The notes below the pieces were generated by a model. The model did not search any database. It was given only the letters and a program-made list of their open reading frames with translations, and was not told where the DNA came from. A stretch of DNA of 63,556 nucleotides, counting the filler, from Nemertoderma westbladi (lineage: Eukaryota; Animalia; Xenacoelomorpha), in the NCBI GenBank assembly GCA_032718475.1. It is 4 parts of 4 records of this genome, joined end to end, with 100 filler letters (N's around TTAATTAATTAA, not from the genome) between each part and the next. Parts side by side here need not be neighbours in the genome. Positions count along the whole stretch, not along the records: positions 1 to 22,792 come from JAUCBJ010001444.1; 3 more parts are not named here. One strand, given 5' to 3'. Of the stretch, positions 1 to 11,904 are shown piece by piece; position 1 is the first letter of the stretch, and each line of letters starts with the position of its first letter. A program made the translations under genes and the position numbers.

Positions 1-2897
1 AGGTTTAACAAACACTGAGTAGGTTGTAAACAAACAAACACTGAGTAGGCTGTAAACAAACAAACACTGAGTAGGCTGTAAACAAACAAACACTGAGTAG
101 GTTGTAAACAAACAAACACTGAGTAGGTTGTAAACAAACACTGAGTAGGTTGTAAACAAACACTGAGTAGGTTGTAAAAAACACTGAGTAGGTTGTAAAC
201 AAACAAACACTGAGTAGGTTGTAACAAACACTGAGTAGGTTGTAACAAACACTGAGTAGGTTGTAACAAACACTGAGTAGGTTGTAACAATCACTGAGTA
301 GGTTGTAAACAAACAAACACTGAGTAGGTTGTAATCAAACAAACACTGAGTAGGTTGTAAAGAAACAAACACTGAGTAGGTTGTATACAAACTAACACTG
401 AGTAGGTTGTAAACAAACACTGAGTAGGTTTAACAAACACTGAGTAGGTTGTAAACAAACAAACACTGAGTAGGCTGTAAACAAACAAACACTGAGTAGG
501 CTGTAAACAAACAAACACTGAGTAGGTTGTAAACAAACAAACACTGAGTAGGTTGTAAACAAACACTGAGTAGGTTGTAAACAAACACTGAGTAGGTTGT
601 AAAAAACACTGAGTAGGTTGTAAACAAACAAACACTGAGTAGGTTGTAACAAACACTGAGTAGGTTGTAACAAACACTGAGTAGGTTGTAACAAACACTG
701 AGTAGGTTGTAACAAACACTGAGTAGGTTGTAACAAACACTGAGTAGGTTGTAAACAAACAAACACTGAGTAGGTTGTAATCAAACAAACACTGAGTAGG
801 TTGTAAAGAAACAAACACTGAGTAGGTTGTATACAAACTAACACTGAGTAGGTTGTAAACAAACACTGAGTAGGTTGTAACAAACACTGAGTAGGTTGTA
901 ACTAAAACTGAGTAGGTTGTAAACAAACTAACACTGAGTAGGTTGTAAACAAACAAACAATGAGTAGGTTGTAAACAAACACTGAGTAGGTTTAACAAAC
1001 ACTGAGTAGGTTGTAAACAAACAAACACTGAGTAGGCTGTAAACAAACAAACACTGAGTAGGCTGTAAACAAACAAACACTGAGTAGGTTGTAAACAAAC
1101 AAACACTGAGTAGGTTGTAAACAAACAAACACTGAGTAGGCTGTAAACAAACAAACACTGAGTAGGTTGTAAACAAACACTGAGTAGGTTGTAAACAAAC
1201 ACTGAGTAGGTTGTAAAAAAAACTGAGTAGGTTGTAAACAAACAAACACTGAGTAGGTTGTAACAAACACTGAGTAGGTTGTAACAAACACTGAGTAGGT
1301 TGTAACAAACACTGAGTAGGTTGTAAACAAACAAACACTGAGTAGGTTGTAATCAAACAAACACTGAGTAGGTTGTAAAGAAACAAACACTGAGTAGGTT
1401 GTATACAAACTAACACTGAGTAGGTTGTAAACAAACACTGAGTAGGTTGTAACAAACACTGAGTAGGTTGTAAACAAACAAACACTGAGTAGGTTGTAAA
1501 CAAACACTGAGTAGGTTGTAACAAACACTGAGTAGGTTGTAACAAACACTGAGTAGGTTGTAACTAAAACTGAGTAGGTTGTAACAAACACTGAGTAGGT
1601 TGTAACAAACACTGAGTAGGTTGTAAACAAACACTGAGTAGGTTGTAATCAAACAAACACTGAGTAGGTTGTAAACAAACAAACACTGAGTAGGTTGTAA
1701 AGAAACAAACACTGAGTAAGTTGTATACAAACTAACACTGAGTAGGTTGTAAACAAACATTGAGTAGGTTGTAACAAACACTGAGTAGGTTGTAACTAAA
1801 ACTGAGTAGGTTGTAACAAACACTGAGTAGGTTGTAAACAAACACTGAGTAGGTTGTAATCAAACAAACACTGAGTAGGTTGTAATCAAACAAACACTGA
1901 GTAGGTTGTAAAGAAACAAACACTGAGTAGGTTGTAAACAAACACTGAGTAGGTTGTAACAAACACTGAGTAGGTTGTAACTAAAACTGAGTAGGTTGTA
2001 AACAAACTAACACTGAGTAGGTTGTAAACAAACAAACACTGAGTAGGTTGTAAACAAACACTGAGTAGGTTTAACAAACACTGAGTAGGTTGTAAACAAA
2101 CAAACACTGAGTAGGCTGTAAACAAACAAACACTGAGTAGGCTGTAAACAAACAAACACTGAGTAGGTTGTAAACAAACAAACACTGAGTAGGTTGTAAA
2201 CAAACACTGAGTAGGTTGTAAACAAACACTGAGTAGGTTGTAAAAAAAACTGAGTAGGTTGTAAACAAACAAACACTGAGTAGGTTGTAACAAACACTGA
2301 GTAGGTTGTAACAAACACTGAGTAGGTTGTAACAAACACTGAGTAGGTTGTAAACAAACAAACACTGAGTAGGTTGTAATCAAACAAACACTGAGTAGGT
2401 TGTAAAGAAACAAACACTGAGTAGGTTGTATACAAACTAACACTGAGTAGGTTGTAAACAAACACTGAGTAGGTTGTAACAAACACTGAGTAGGTTGTAA
2501 ACAAACAAACACTGAGTAGGTTGTAAACAAACACTGAGTAGGTTGTAACAAACACTGAGTAGGTTGTAACAAACACTGAGTAGGTTGTAACTAAAACTGA
2601 GTAGGTTGTAACAAACACTGAGTAGGTTGTAACAAACACTGAGTAGGTTGTAACAAACACTGAGTAGGTTGTAAACAAACACTGAGTAGGTTGTAACAAA
2701 CACTGAGTAGGTTGTAACTAAAACTGAGTAGGTTGTAACAAACACTGAGTAGGTTGTAACAAACACTGAGTAGGTTGTAACAAACACTGAGTAGGTTGTA
2801 ACAAACACTGAGTAGGTTGTAACAAACACTGAGTAGGGTGTAACAAACACTGAGTAGGTTGTAACAAACACTGAGTAGGTTGTAAACAAACAAACAC
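1..2897. repeat. Minisatellite, core ACACTGAGTAGGTTGTAACAA (21/22/26-bp variants) with higher-order structure
   Basis: Continuous tandem array from the contig start; length variants come from extra A/ACAA. All ORFs here are repeat translations. Confidence 0.98.
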
Positions 2898-3206
2898 ACA
2901 GTAATGTAGGCTAGTCGATTCAATGTGCTTGTCCAGGACAATATACAGTAATGTAGGCTAGTCTCTTGTTGGCCTACAATGTAGGACTATTTATACCTGT
3001 ATACTTTGTACGGAGACCTACAGCAAAATTAATTACTCTATCACTCTTTAGAGAGTTTGCCAAGTGATACATTACGCACTCATGTTACTACTGTACAGTA
3101 TTATTATTACGTATGTATTACTAATTAGGCCCTACCTGTATTCACAGTATTCTCAGTAGTACAGTATAATATATTCTACTGTATGTTCACATTAGTGTAT
3201 TACAGG

Positions 3207-3522
3207 GAAGTGGAAGTGTGGGAGTAACAAGTGGAAGTGTGGGAGTAACAAGTGGAAGTGTGGGAGTAACAAGTGGAAGTGTGGGAGTAACAAGTGGAAG
3301 TGTGGGAGTAACAAGTGGAAGTGTGGGAGTAACAAGTGGAAGTGTGGGAGTAACAAGTGTAAGTGTGGGAGTAACAAGTGGAAGTGTGGGAGTAACAAGT
3401 GGAAGTGTGGGAGTAACAAGTGGAAGTGTGGGAGTAACAAGTGGAAGTGTGGGAGTAACAAGTGGAAGTGTGGGAGTAACAAGTGGAAGTGTGGGAGTAA
3501 CAAGTGTAAGTGTGGGAGTAAC
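3207..3522. repeat. 21-bp minisatellite GTGGAAGTGTGGGAGTAACAA, ~15 copies
   Basis: Near-perfect tandem copies; the variant GTGTAAGT recurs at ~3357 and ~3504, 7 units apart. Confidence 0.97.
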
Positions 3523-5040
3523 AAAACGATTTACAACCTAAACATTGCTGTGTGAGATAAAGCAACCAAACTACTGTATACTTACTAAATAACATTACTG
3601 TATTTATTATTATTCTTAAATTAGGCCCTATTACAGAAACTTTAAATATTTATGATGAGTAAGGGTCTTGAGACACGGATATTATCTCATACTGTAGATT
3701 ACAAGTTTATTATTGCAGTTTACTATATACAGTAGCTACTGTATTTCACGCTTGTTAATGTATTTAACTGTATATATAATAAATTTAATTCTAAACAATT
3801 CAATGCAGAATGTTTACTACACTGTAGGCCTACAATTTGATGCTATCTACGGCATATTAATCATTTGAGTATGCTTATTGCTTAGGCCTGCACGCCACGA
3901 AAGCCATCGTACCATTATATTAAACTTGCTTGATTTCTACAGAAACGTGTGACGGCACATAGGCTAATATGCAGCCATAACGCGAGGATCTTGGGTCTTT
4001 GTTTTATACTCACCTAATAAAGAATGAGAATATAGAATTTACTCATTAGTCGCATTTTTTTGATCTGGTAATATCAGTAAGCCGATCATAACAAATTATC
4101 TTCGTATTCGGTGAGGTGTTTTAATTTTTTTTGATTATAACTTACTTTAGCGGCAAAGTTGGATTTGACTTTCAGATGGGATCGAACCGGTGACCTACAT
4201 TATAGGGATTGGTATACTGTGTAACTAGTATCCCGAACAGCACAACACTATCCACAGTAATAAAAGGTGGGAATGGGATAATATTATTAATGCGCAAGAC
4301 GACCTATAAAAAGGTCACCCACCTTGCCTATGTAACACAGCATGCAACCACCATATTGCTGAAAACCTGATCGCCGTTACATGCAATCTTGATCATAAAG
4401 ATTGGCGGCAGTGGGAGTGCGTAAATCTATTGTTGATGCAAGTAGCCAGCTTATGCCTACCGCAGTTGTTGTATTATGTTCGTTAAGTAGTGCTGGAGGT
4501 ACAGTACAGTAAATAGTAAGATACACAGATACAAAAAGAGCAACCCAACACAACTCAAAGTACAGTAAAATATTGTACGTTAACAAAAGGTCGATTTAAA
4601 ATTGTAGGTCACCCTCTCAGCACGAATGCTGTTAAAAGTTAGGCAGCAAATTAGGCCTCTATTTTAACAAAAACATTACCAGCTGGATACTTTTTGATAA
4701 TAAAGCTGGTTAAATAAAGTACATTGTTCACACTGAGTGCATACTGCATATAGGATAGTTATAAAACCCGAAAATATCGACAAAGGCGAAATTATCAACG
4801 AAAATATCGAAATTATAAAACAATATACAAAATCTCGCTTTCCAGTGAGATCGGCATGATTAGAAGTCACACTTTACATTTTGTAATTAATAAAATCCGA
4901 TAATTTCGTCCCATTTTCGCCCATAAAAGTAATTTAATACCAAATACTGTCTGCTGGTTGGTTGTTGGATGTTGTTGACCAAAGGCGGCTTGGATGAATC
5001 AATTCAGCATCAGCTGATCAGTGTTCTAGTGTATTACAAG

Positions 5041-5182
5041 CAAAGAAGCAAGGCCTACTAGATAAAAGGCCATGCAGCCAGAATTCAGCCTTCTAACTTG
5101 CTATCGTATTTCACTTATAAACACTTCAGAAGGGTTAGAAGGCTGAATTCTGACTGCATGGCCTATTATCTAGTAAGCCTTG
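5041..5182. mobile_element. Small fold-back MITE (CAAGG termini, 8-bp TSD ATTACAAG)
   Basis: ~49-bp arms caaggcctactagataaaaggccatgcag... and ...ctgcatggcctattatctagtaagccttg; ATTACAAG at 5033-5040 and 5183-5190. Confidence 0.75.
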
Positions 5183-5199
5183 ATTACAAGCATGGTACA

Positions 5200-5779
5200 C
5201 AAGTCTGCAAGTCCCTAAAAGGTGCCACCCTGCTCCATAGCGCGGGAAATCGCTCAAAGTCCCAGACTAGTTAACCAGTCAGCTTAGTTGTTCACGCGCT
5301 GCTCGAAGTCCCAGACTAGTTAACCAGTCAGCTTAGTTGTTCACGTGCTGCTCGAAGTCCCAGACTAGATAACCCGCCAGCTTAGTTGTTCACGTGCTGC
5401 TCGAAGTCCCAGACTAGTTAACCAGTCAGCTTAGTTGTTGACGTGCTGCTCGAAGCCTCGGACTAGTAAACGTGCTGGTTTAGTTCACGTGCTGCTCGAA
5501 GTCCCAGACTATGTAACCAGCCAGTTTAGTTGTTCACGTGGTACTCGAAGCCCCAGACTAGATAAATCAACAACATTAACGAATGAGTGAGTTAAACCGT
5601 TAAGAAATAATTTATTCTGATTCAATGAATTACATTAGTCTTACTCTATTCATGTATTCAATGTTAAAACAGATTTGAATTTACCGCCAATATATAGTTC
5701 CAGTACAAATAACATGTCTTTCAATCATTTGAATTTCCCGCGCTATGGATCAGGGTGGCACCTTTTAGGGACTTGTAGC
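5200..5779. mobile_element. MITE with TIR CAAGTCCCTAAAAGGTGCCACCCTG, 8-bp TSD ATGGTACA and an internal ~49-bp tandem array
   Basis: 25-bp perfect inverted repeat 5208-5232 / 5751-5775; ATGGTACA at 5192-5199 and 5780-5787; ~6 units of gaagtcccagactagttaaccagtcagcttagttgttcacgtgctgctc at ~5257-5560. Confidence 0.8.
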
Positions 5780-6847
5780 ATGGTACAACCTGAAGGGGTA
5801 AAGGAACCGGTCCGGTCAGGCCGTACCCTAACCCAACACTGCATACGCATTACGGCATACGGTACCTCCGGGTTACATGTGTACACTGTACAGTGACTGC
5901 CAGGCAAGTGGCGCATGTGAACAGGCTGACACTACACAGAACGTCAGTGTAGCAGTTGCAATGCTGTAGGCCTACACTCTGACTGTGCTGTTCTAATTTG
6001 AGCGTCATCTTGTGGTGTTTTGCCATCATAGGATTACCCCTAAAAACCAATCAGCAGAGACAGTAATTGGTATTAAATTACTTTTAGGGTCGAAAATGGG
6101 TCGAAATTATCGGATTTCATTAATTAAAAAATGTAAAAGTGTGCCTTCTAATAATACCGACAGTATTGTACAGTACTATTCATATACTTTAGCTCACCAT
6201 AAATTATTTATGGTCAACCATTACAACACAATATGTGGCTCTGTCCATACTGTAAATTAGTTTATTGTAGACCTAAATTAACGCAAAGGTTAGGGGAATT
6301 TATTACAGAAAATAAAGTGAATTATAATAGCTAAATTAAAAATTAAACAAACCTCTGATTTAAATGAAACCCCAATCACATTGCACTCAAATTTAAACAT
6401 CTTTAAAATAAAATAATTATCAATTTATCACCAAACAGTTTTAATAAGTTACAGTGATAATGTTAATTTATTCTAAATATATATTGTAGATATTATATTA
6501 TTATATTAGTTACAATGCACAGGAGTAAAATTTCAAATTACTTAAAGAAATATGTACTCAAAAATGAACAGGAAATGCACTTAACAATAAATTGACAGTA
6601 CTAACTAAAAGTAATCTGTACATTATATTACAATAATAAGAATAATGGGACATTTTATATAACCTAAATAAGTTTGTGTAGGGGTGGCGAGCAAGAAGGG
6701 CCTGCAGATGATAATGCTACTCTAAAAAAACAAATTAAGAAGACAACAATACTAATTTTGATAAAATGTGATATGAGCTAAAATGTGATAAAAAAAGGGA
6801 AAGGAATAATAAAAGGCATCTATTCGTCGTGCAGGAGGTGATCACTA

Positions 6848-7964
6848 TTAAAGTAGGAAAATCTCGTCAAGGTTTCTGTTAGAGGGGGAGGTGCCGAGGA
6901 CTGCGGTGGCATTTCCTCTTACCACCGCCATGGATAGGCGTTGGTGGAGGAAAGCTGTGGACCGGGGTTCACCAGTGGTATGGGCGATCCTCCTCCCTAT
7001 CTCACGAATGGTGCTGGTTGCTTCAGCACCAATGGGACCGAGGGTCTCTGTAGCTATAGTCACAAAGTGGTAGTCATGGCACAGGTCAGCGTATTTGTGT
7101 GCCTTTACACGCTCTGCTGCGGTTGCTGCTGCTCCGGCTGTCTGGGACGTCGTGGGGAGGTAGGATGTCGGTAGGGTATCCCTACATGTATAGTCCCAAA
7201 CAAGCATCCTGCCTTTTGACCATGGTGACAGAGTCATTCCATCAGGTTTTTTCCCATCTCTCGTCATGCCTCTTGGTTCTAGGGTGGATGGTATACCAGC
7301 TGAGTTAAGGGCGCGGTGGATGATGTCGTTCGCTTCAGCATGGCGGGTGTATTTTCCATAGTTATGGACGCAGCTTAGTCCGTGTACACCTGAGGTGTTT
7401 ACTTGAATACCGCAGCTCCTACATTCATGCTCAGTGCAGATTGTAGTGCCTAGGCGGAGAGCTACGCCAATTCGTAGTTGGTCATCCTCGAGGCGGAGTC
7501 CCAGTGAAGATATTGGAAGGGCGTTTAGCCAGTCCCCAGAGTGATCTGCCCTGGCGGCTAACAGACGTGCCTTGCTGAGGAGCGGCTGCTAGTAGTTCTT
7601 CAAACCGGATAACGCTCATGGGGTGGTCCCACGCTTTCTGTATAGAAGGGTTGGGTGGTGGACTTGTTCCTGGGGGGAGATGTGTCATAGCTCCATGTTC
7701 AAACCGGATAACGCTCATGGGGTGGTCCCACGCTTTCTGTATAGAAGGGTTGGGTGGTGGACTTGTTCCTGGGGGGAGATGTGTCATAGCCAGGGTTATT
7801 GCTGGATCTGTGTTACCTTCAACATGAGGAGGGAGGAGTGCTCGGAGTTGGGGAGTGCATCCGAAGACTGATGCCAAAAAGGCAGGTACTGAAACGTCCC
7901 GCGTACTCCTAATGCCCAACCCCCCGAGTGATACTGGGAGGGAAGCTTGTTTTTGCACTTGCAC
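6848..7964 (-). mobile_element. 5'-truncated CRE-like non-LTR retrotransposon (RT thumb, CCHC knuckle, restriction-like endonuclease), frameshifted
   Basis: LPVSLGGLGIR thumb motif; reading through 7480-7290 gives CTEHECRSCG...HGLSC...RHAEANDII; RLE motifs KPDG, LVWDYTC, KAHKY, ETLG. 99-bp-period internal duplication at 7599-7790. Confidence 0.85.
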
Positions 7965-8711
7965 TTGTTTACGTTAATTCCGATTTTTCTTATTTAATGT
8001 CACAACCCAGCCCCGTAGATATTTAATTAGCAACAATTCTCATTAATCAAGGATTCCGTGTCCACTTCCCACCCCGATCTCATCTCTTTCATTTAATATC
8101 CGGTTTATATTGTTCGATTCTCATCATGAATATAAACAGTACCACTCATCTCGAAGTGCGGTCTGTGTGTTGGTATAATTGTATGTGTAGGCCTAGGACT
8201 ACCGGTACTTAAATAATCAGAATCGTTGATTAAAGATATCATTAATGAAAATACAGTAGAGCAATTTCCTGACTCAGCACATAATTAGGCCTAAGTTATT
8301 TCGTCGTCAATGAAATGCACATTGTACGAGTACTACTCTGTAGGCTACTGCAGTAATGTACTGTATGTACTCTAGGCGGCTATCCGATATTAAACAGAAC
8401 TTTCCAAATCTTAAAGAAGCAATGCCTAATTTAATCTTTGATGCTTAACAAATTGTCATAGGAGAGTGGGATAGGCATTACCCCCTAACCCCTTTTTGTT
8501 TTGGTAGCGTTATTTTTATTTAGTTGTAATTTATTTTGACATTATGAAAATGAGAAACTGGGCTGGAAATTGAAACTGAAACTGAGAGACTGAAAATGAG
8601 TTTTCTTTTCAAGAAAACAAATTAATTTAATCAGCCCATATTTAGACAACTGCATGCTGTATTACCATGGGCATTCACCCATGTGCATTGTTACGTCCGT
8701 CCACTGGACAT

Positions 8712-9870
8712 GGTTTAAGTCAGCGTTTCTACAGGGTGAAAAAATTGCTCGTGATGTTTTTCTAAAACCTCCAGATGAAGCATTAAACAATGATTTAGTT
8801 GTGTGGAAGTTATGTAAGACCGTTTATGGGCTGAATGATGCGCCCAGAAATTGGTACTTTTCAGTCAAACATGAACTGGGACGTTTAGGATGTGTGATGT
8901 GTAAATATGATAGTGCAATGTTTATAAGGTACTTCAATAATAAGCTTCAGGGTTTGTTCATGCTACATTTTGATGATTTCCTTTATTCCGGAACAGAATA
9001 TTTTGATAAACATGTTATTTTGCCGATTAAAGAGACTTTCAAAGTTGGTAGATCGGATGATGGTAAAATGAAATATGTTGGCTTGTTTATTGAACAAGAC
9101 AAAGAAATTTCTGTCAACCAATGGTCATATATTGATGGTTTACAAACAATGCCTATTCGACCTATTGGAAAGCCTCATGAGCTCAGTAAAAGAGAAGTCA
9201 CCGCTTTAAAGTCAGTGATTGGTCAAGTAAATTGGGCCGCTAATCAGACTAGGCCTGATCTAAGTTTTGATGTGTTGGAAATGAGTATGTCATCCAATAA
9301 AGCTGATGTGACGCATTTGAAGAAGAGCAATAAAATGATATCAAGACTTAAATCTCAGCAAGTTTCCATTGCATTTCCGAATCTAGGAATAACATCTGAT
9401 TGGCAATTGAAAGTATACAGTGATGCATCCTATGCTAACTTGCCTGATGATACATCTGATGATACACGTTGTTACATCATTTTTTTGTGTGGATCCAATA
9501 ATCGTTGTTCTCCTATTACTTGGGGAAGAAAGAAGATTCGTCGTGTTGTTAAATGTACATTGGCTGCAGAGGGGTTGGCGCTAGTTGATGCTCTGGAAGA
9601 AGCTAGTTATGCTGCCGCTACATTATCCGACATTGTTAAACACAAGATACCAGTTACAGCTTATATTGATTGCAAAAATCTTCATACCGCAATACATTCC
9701 ACAATACCTGTGAGCGAGAATCTTTGCCTCTGACGTCTTTGCATCGATATAGCATCGGTTAAAGAACTGCTTCAGAATCGGGAACTGGATAAGATGGAAC
9801 TGGTAAAAACCAAACACCAGATAGCTGACGTCCTGACGAAGCGGGGCGTATGTCCAATTAAGATTAATTA
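8712..9870 (+). mobile_element. Ty1/Copia (GalEa-like) pol remnant: RT + RNase H
   Basis: KSAFLQG, LCKTVYGLNDAPRNWY, LHFDD (degenerate YVDD), QTRPDL, YSDASYA; after the stop at 9731 the frame continues RLCIDIA...QIADVLTK. Confidence 0.92.
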
Positions 9871-10070
9871 ATTTCTTTAGGAAAAGAAGGTGAATTAAAT
9901 ACTTTCTATATAATTTCGTTCCATATATATATTATCCATATATATATCCATATATTTCGATCCATATTCCGTTATAAATACTTTATATACTTCTATATAT
10001 TTTGTTCGCTTCTGATTATTTAGTCATTTAGTTCTCAGTCTAAGTTTCTTATAATAAAGAGGGTTAGTTC

Positions 10071-10237
10071 TGTTAGATAGCTGTTTACGTGTTACTTTAT
10101 GAGTACCGGCAGTACGTCTGTAGGTTGTCAGTAGAGTAGGCCTATAGCAATTAAGTGTTCACTGTTCGGGCGGTTTAATATATTTAGTGTTTCTATTCAT
10201 TAGGAAAGAATTAATATACGTCAGATTCAGTTTAACA
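10071..10237 (+). mobile_element. Putative short 3' LTR of the Copia element
   Basis: TGTTA...TAACA inverted termini, preceded by the purine tract AAAGAGGG at ~10056-10063, ~200 bp after the end of pol. Confidence 0.6.
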
Positions 10238-10377
10238 AACATATCGTCAGGGAACATACTGTCCTGTTGTCGCCTAATCTATTTTTAACAGCTGAGATAT
10301 GAGCGTTACTATAATTTCTACAGTAAATACATTACTACTTAATTTATAATTTATTATTGGAGTTATGGGTGAATGAG

Positions 10378-10475
10378 TGGTTTCAGCTTTTGCAAAGTCG
10401 GCAATGACGTACAGGTGGGATCGAACTGGTGTCCTCCGGGTTGGAAGTCTGACGCTCTAACCATTCAGCTAGCAG
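10378..10475 (-). mobile_element. tRNA(Gly, TCC)-derived SINE head
   Basis: Reverse complement gctagctgaatggttagagcgtcagacttccaacc...cagttcgatccc has A-box, CTTCCAA loop and B-box, then a non-tRNA tail shared with the copy at 61773. Confidence 0.7.
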
Positions 10476-11904
10476 CTCAGGTAAAAGATAGACCTGGAAA
10501 TACTATCTGATACCTTGTATGTCCGCAATTTACCTCTTCATGATGGCCTCCCGCCCATCTCTCAATACCATCATATGCTGCGGCTGTGCTCAACCCTACA
10601 GTTGTACTTGGCCGTCCCACCTAGACATCATTGCCGACTTTTCAAAAGCTGCGCCCAACAAAAAGTTATATTACTACTTATTAGCGTTCAAAAGTTACTC
10701 AATGAGGGCAGCCACAACTGGTTAAGATCTCGCGCATATAAGGGCAGACCAGACTGGCCCTTAGTTGGCTAAAATAAAGCTTATAAATGGCACCAGTAAT
10801 TATACAATCAATGTGGGGTACGGTTAATACAGCTGCCTGCCTGGCTAATATAATATCACTGCTCTAGAAGTAAACAAGAGGTCATACTTTACCAGATCGA
10901 CCTTTCTGACAACCAACACATGGAAAGCGTGGTCGTGGACGAGCGACCGGTTATAAAATATATAGACCAACTTGAAATGGATACTTGAGAGAAACGAAAT
11001 TGCGTCAACTATGGAAATGGAGAGGCGGAAAGACTGGAAGCGTGGAAGGATCTCTATCCTACAACCTCACCATGCATACTGTAGAATACCCAGACACAGG
11101 ATATTAATTCAATTATATGGCAACTACTGTACTGTATGTACCTTTTCATTCAGTTTAATTAATTAATAAGAGCAGGCAAACATCACCTGCTAATAAAGAA
11201 TTCAATAGCGCTATGGGAACTACAATAATTACTCAACTACACTTTCATTTTTCAACTACACTTTCTATATTTTATCTACATCGTAACAGCTAATAAAACG
11301 CTTTACTCGATTTGGCTGGTGACAAGTACCGGCACATTTCTTGCTACCAATATTGAAATATTGTCTAATGCTATTGAAGTTGTTTTAGACAAATGAGTTG
11401 GTTAACTAAAATGATGAACAGTTAATGTTTTCAAAACCTTGCATATTTGAATTATAAGTTGCGAAAAAAATGACAAGTACTGTATAAGATAACCGAATAT
11501 AAATATTATTATAATTATGATAGATTATATCTCGCCATTAGCTAGGGGGAGGGTGACTTTCTACGCAATCAAGATTCGGCCCGCCCCATGAAAAAATCGA
11601 CACAAATAACAGCTGATTACTCTCAACAATAAAACTGTAACCTTTTTTATTGACTCCCGTGTATTGTTTTGGTTAGATTATCGTCCTTCTCCATTCCATT
11701 ATTTAATAATTCAACATTTTAAGTTACGTGATATTTATTCGTCGAAATTGGATTTGCGTCAAGTTTTCCCTCCTGTCTCAACATGGCATACCATCAAAGC
11801 AAGAAACGTGTCCAGACGAGAGACATTCTGTGAACTGAAAGTGAAGAGTGTTTCCAATTACGACTACTGCGTACTGCTACAACTATCGACACCCTTCATT
11901 GCAG

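Larger units (their letters stand above)
4860..6150. mobile_element. Non-autonomous DNA transposon with ~90-bp imperfect TIRs, host to two nested MITEs
   Basis: 4860-4955 (ttagaagtcacactttacatttt...ataatttcgtcccattttcg...) is the approximate reverse complement of 6050-6150 (...cgaaaatgggtcgaaattat...aaaatgtaaaagtgtgccttctaa). Confidence 0.7.

Noticed and set aside
1-2941. Many long minus-strand ORFs (YNLLSVC / LQPTQC / TTYSVF repeats) and a possible CRISPR-like array
   Set aside because: Translations of a minisatellite that lacks stops on one strand; no unique spacers and no cas genes.
3192-3595. GVTSGSV / CYSHTST repeat proteins as antifreeze-like or structural proteins
   Set aside because: Open in several frames only because of a perfect 21-bp repeat; no synonymous variation, credible start or splice context.
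5257-5560. CRISPR-like or tRNA-like 49-bp array
   Set aside because: Direct tandem units without spacers, lying inside a MITE.
10378-10475. Functional tRNA-Gly gene (also 20185, 61773 and the fragment near 4175)
   Set aside because: Stems pair poorly and the heads are followed by shared SINE bodies.
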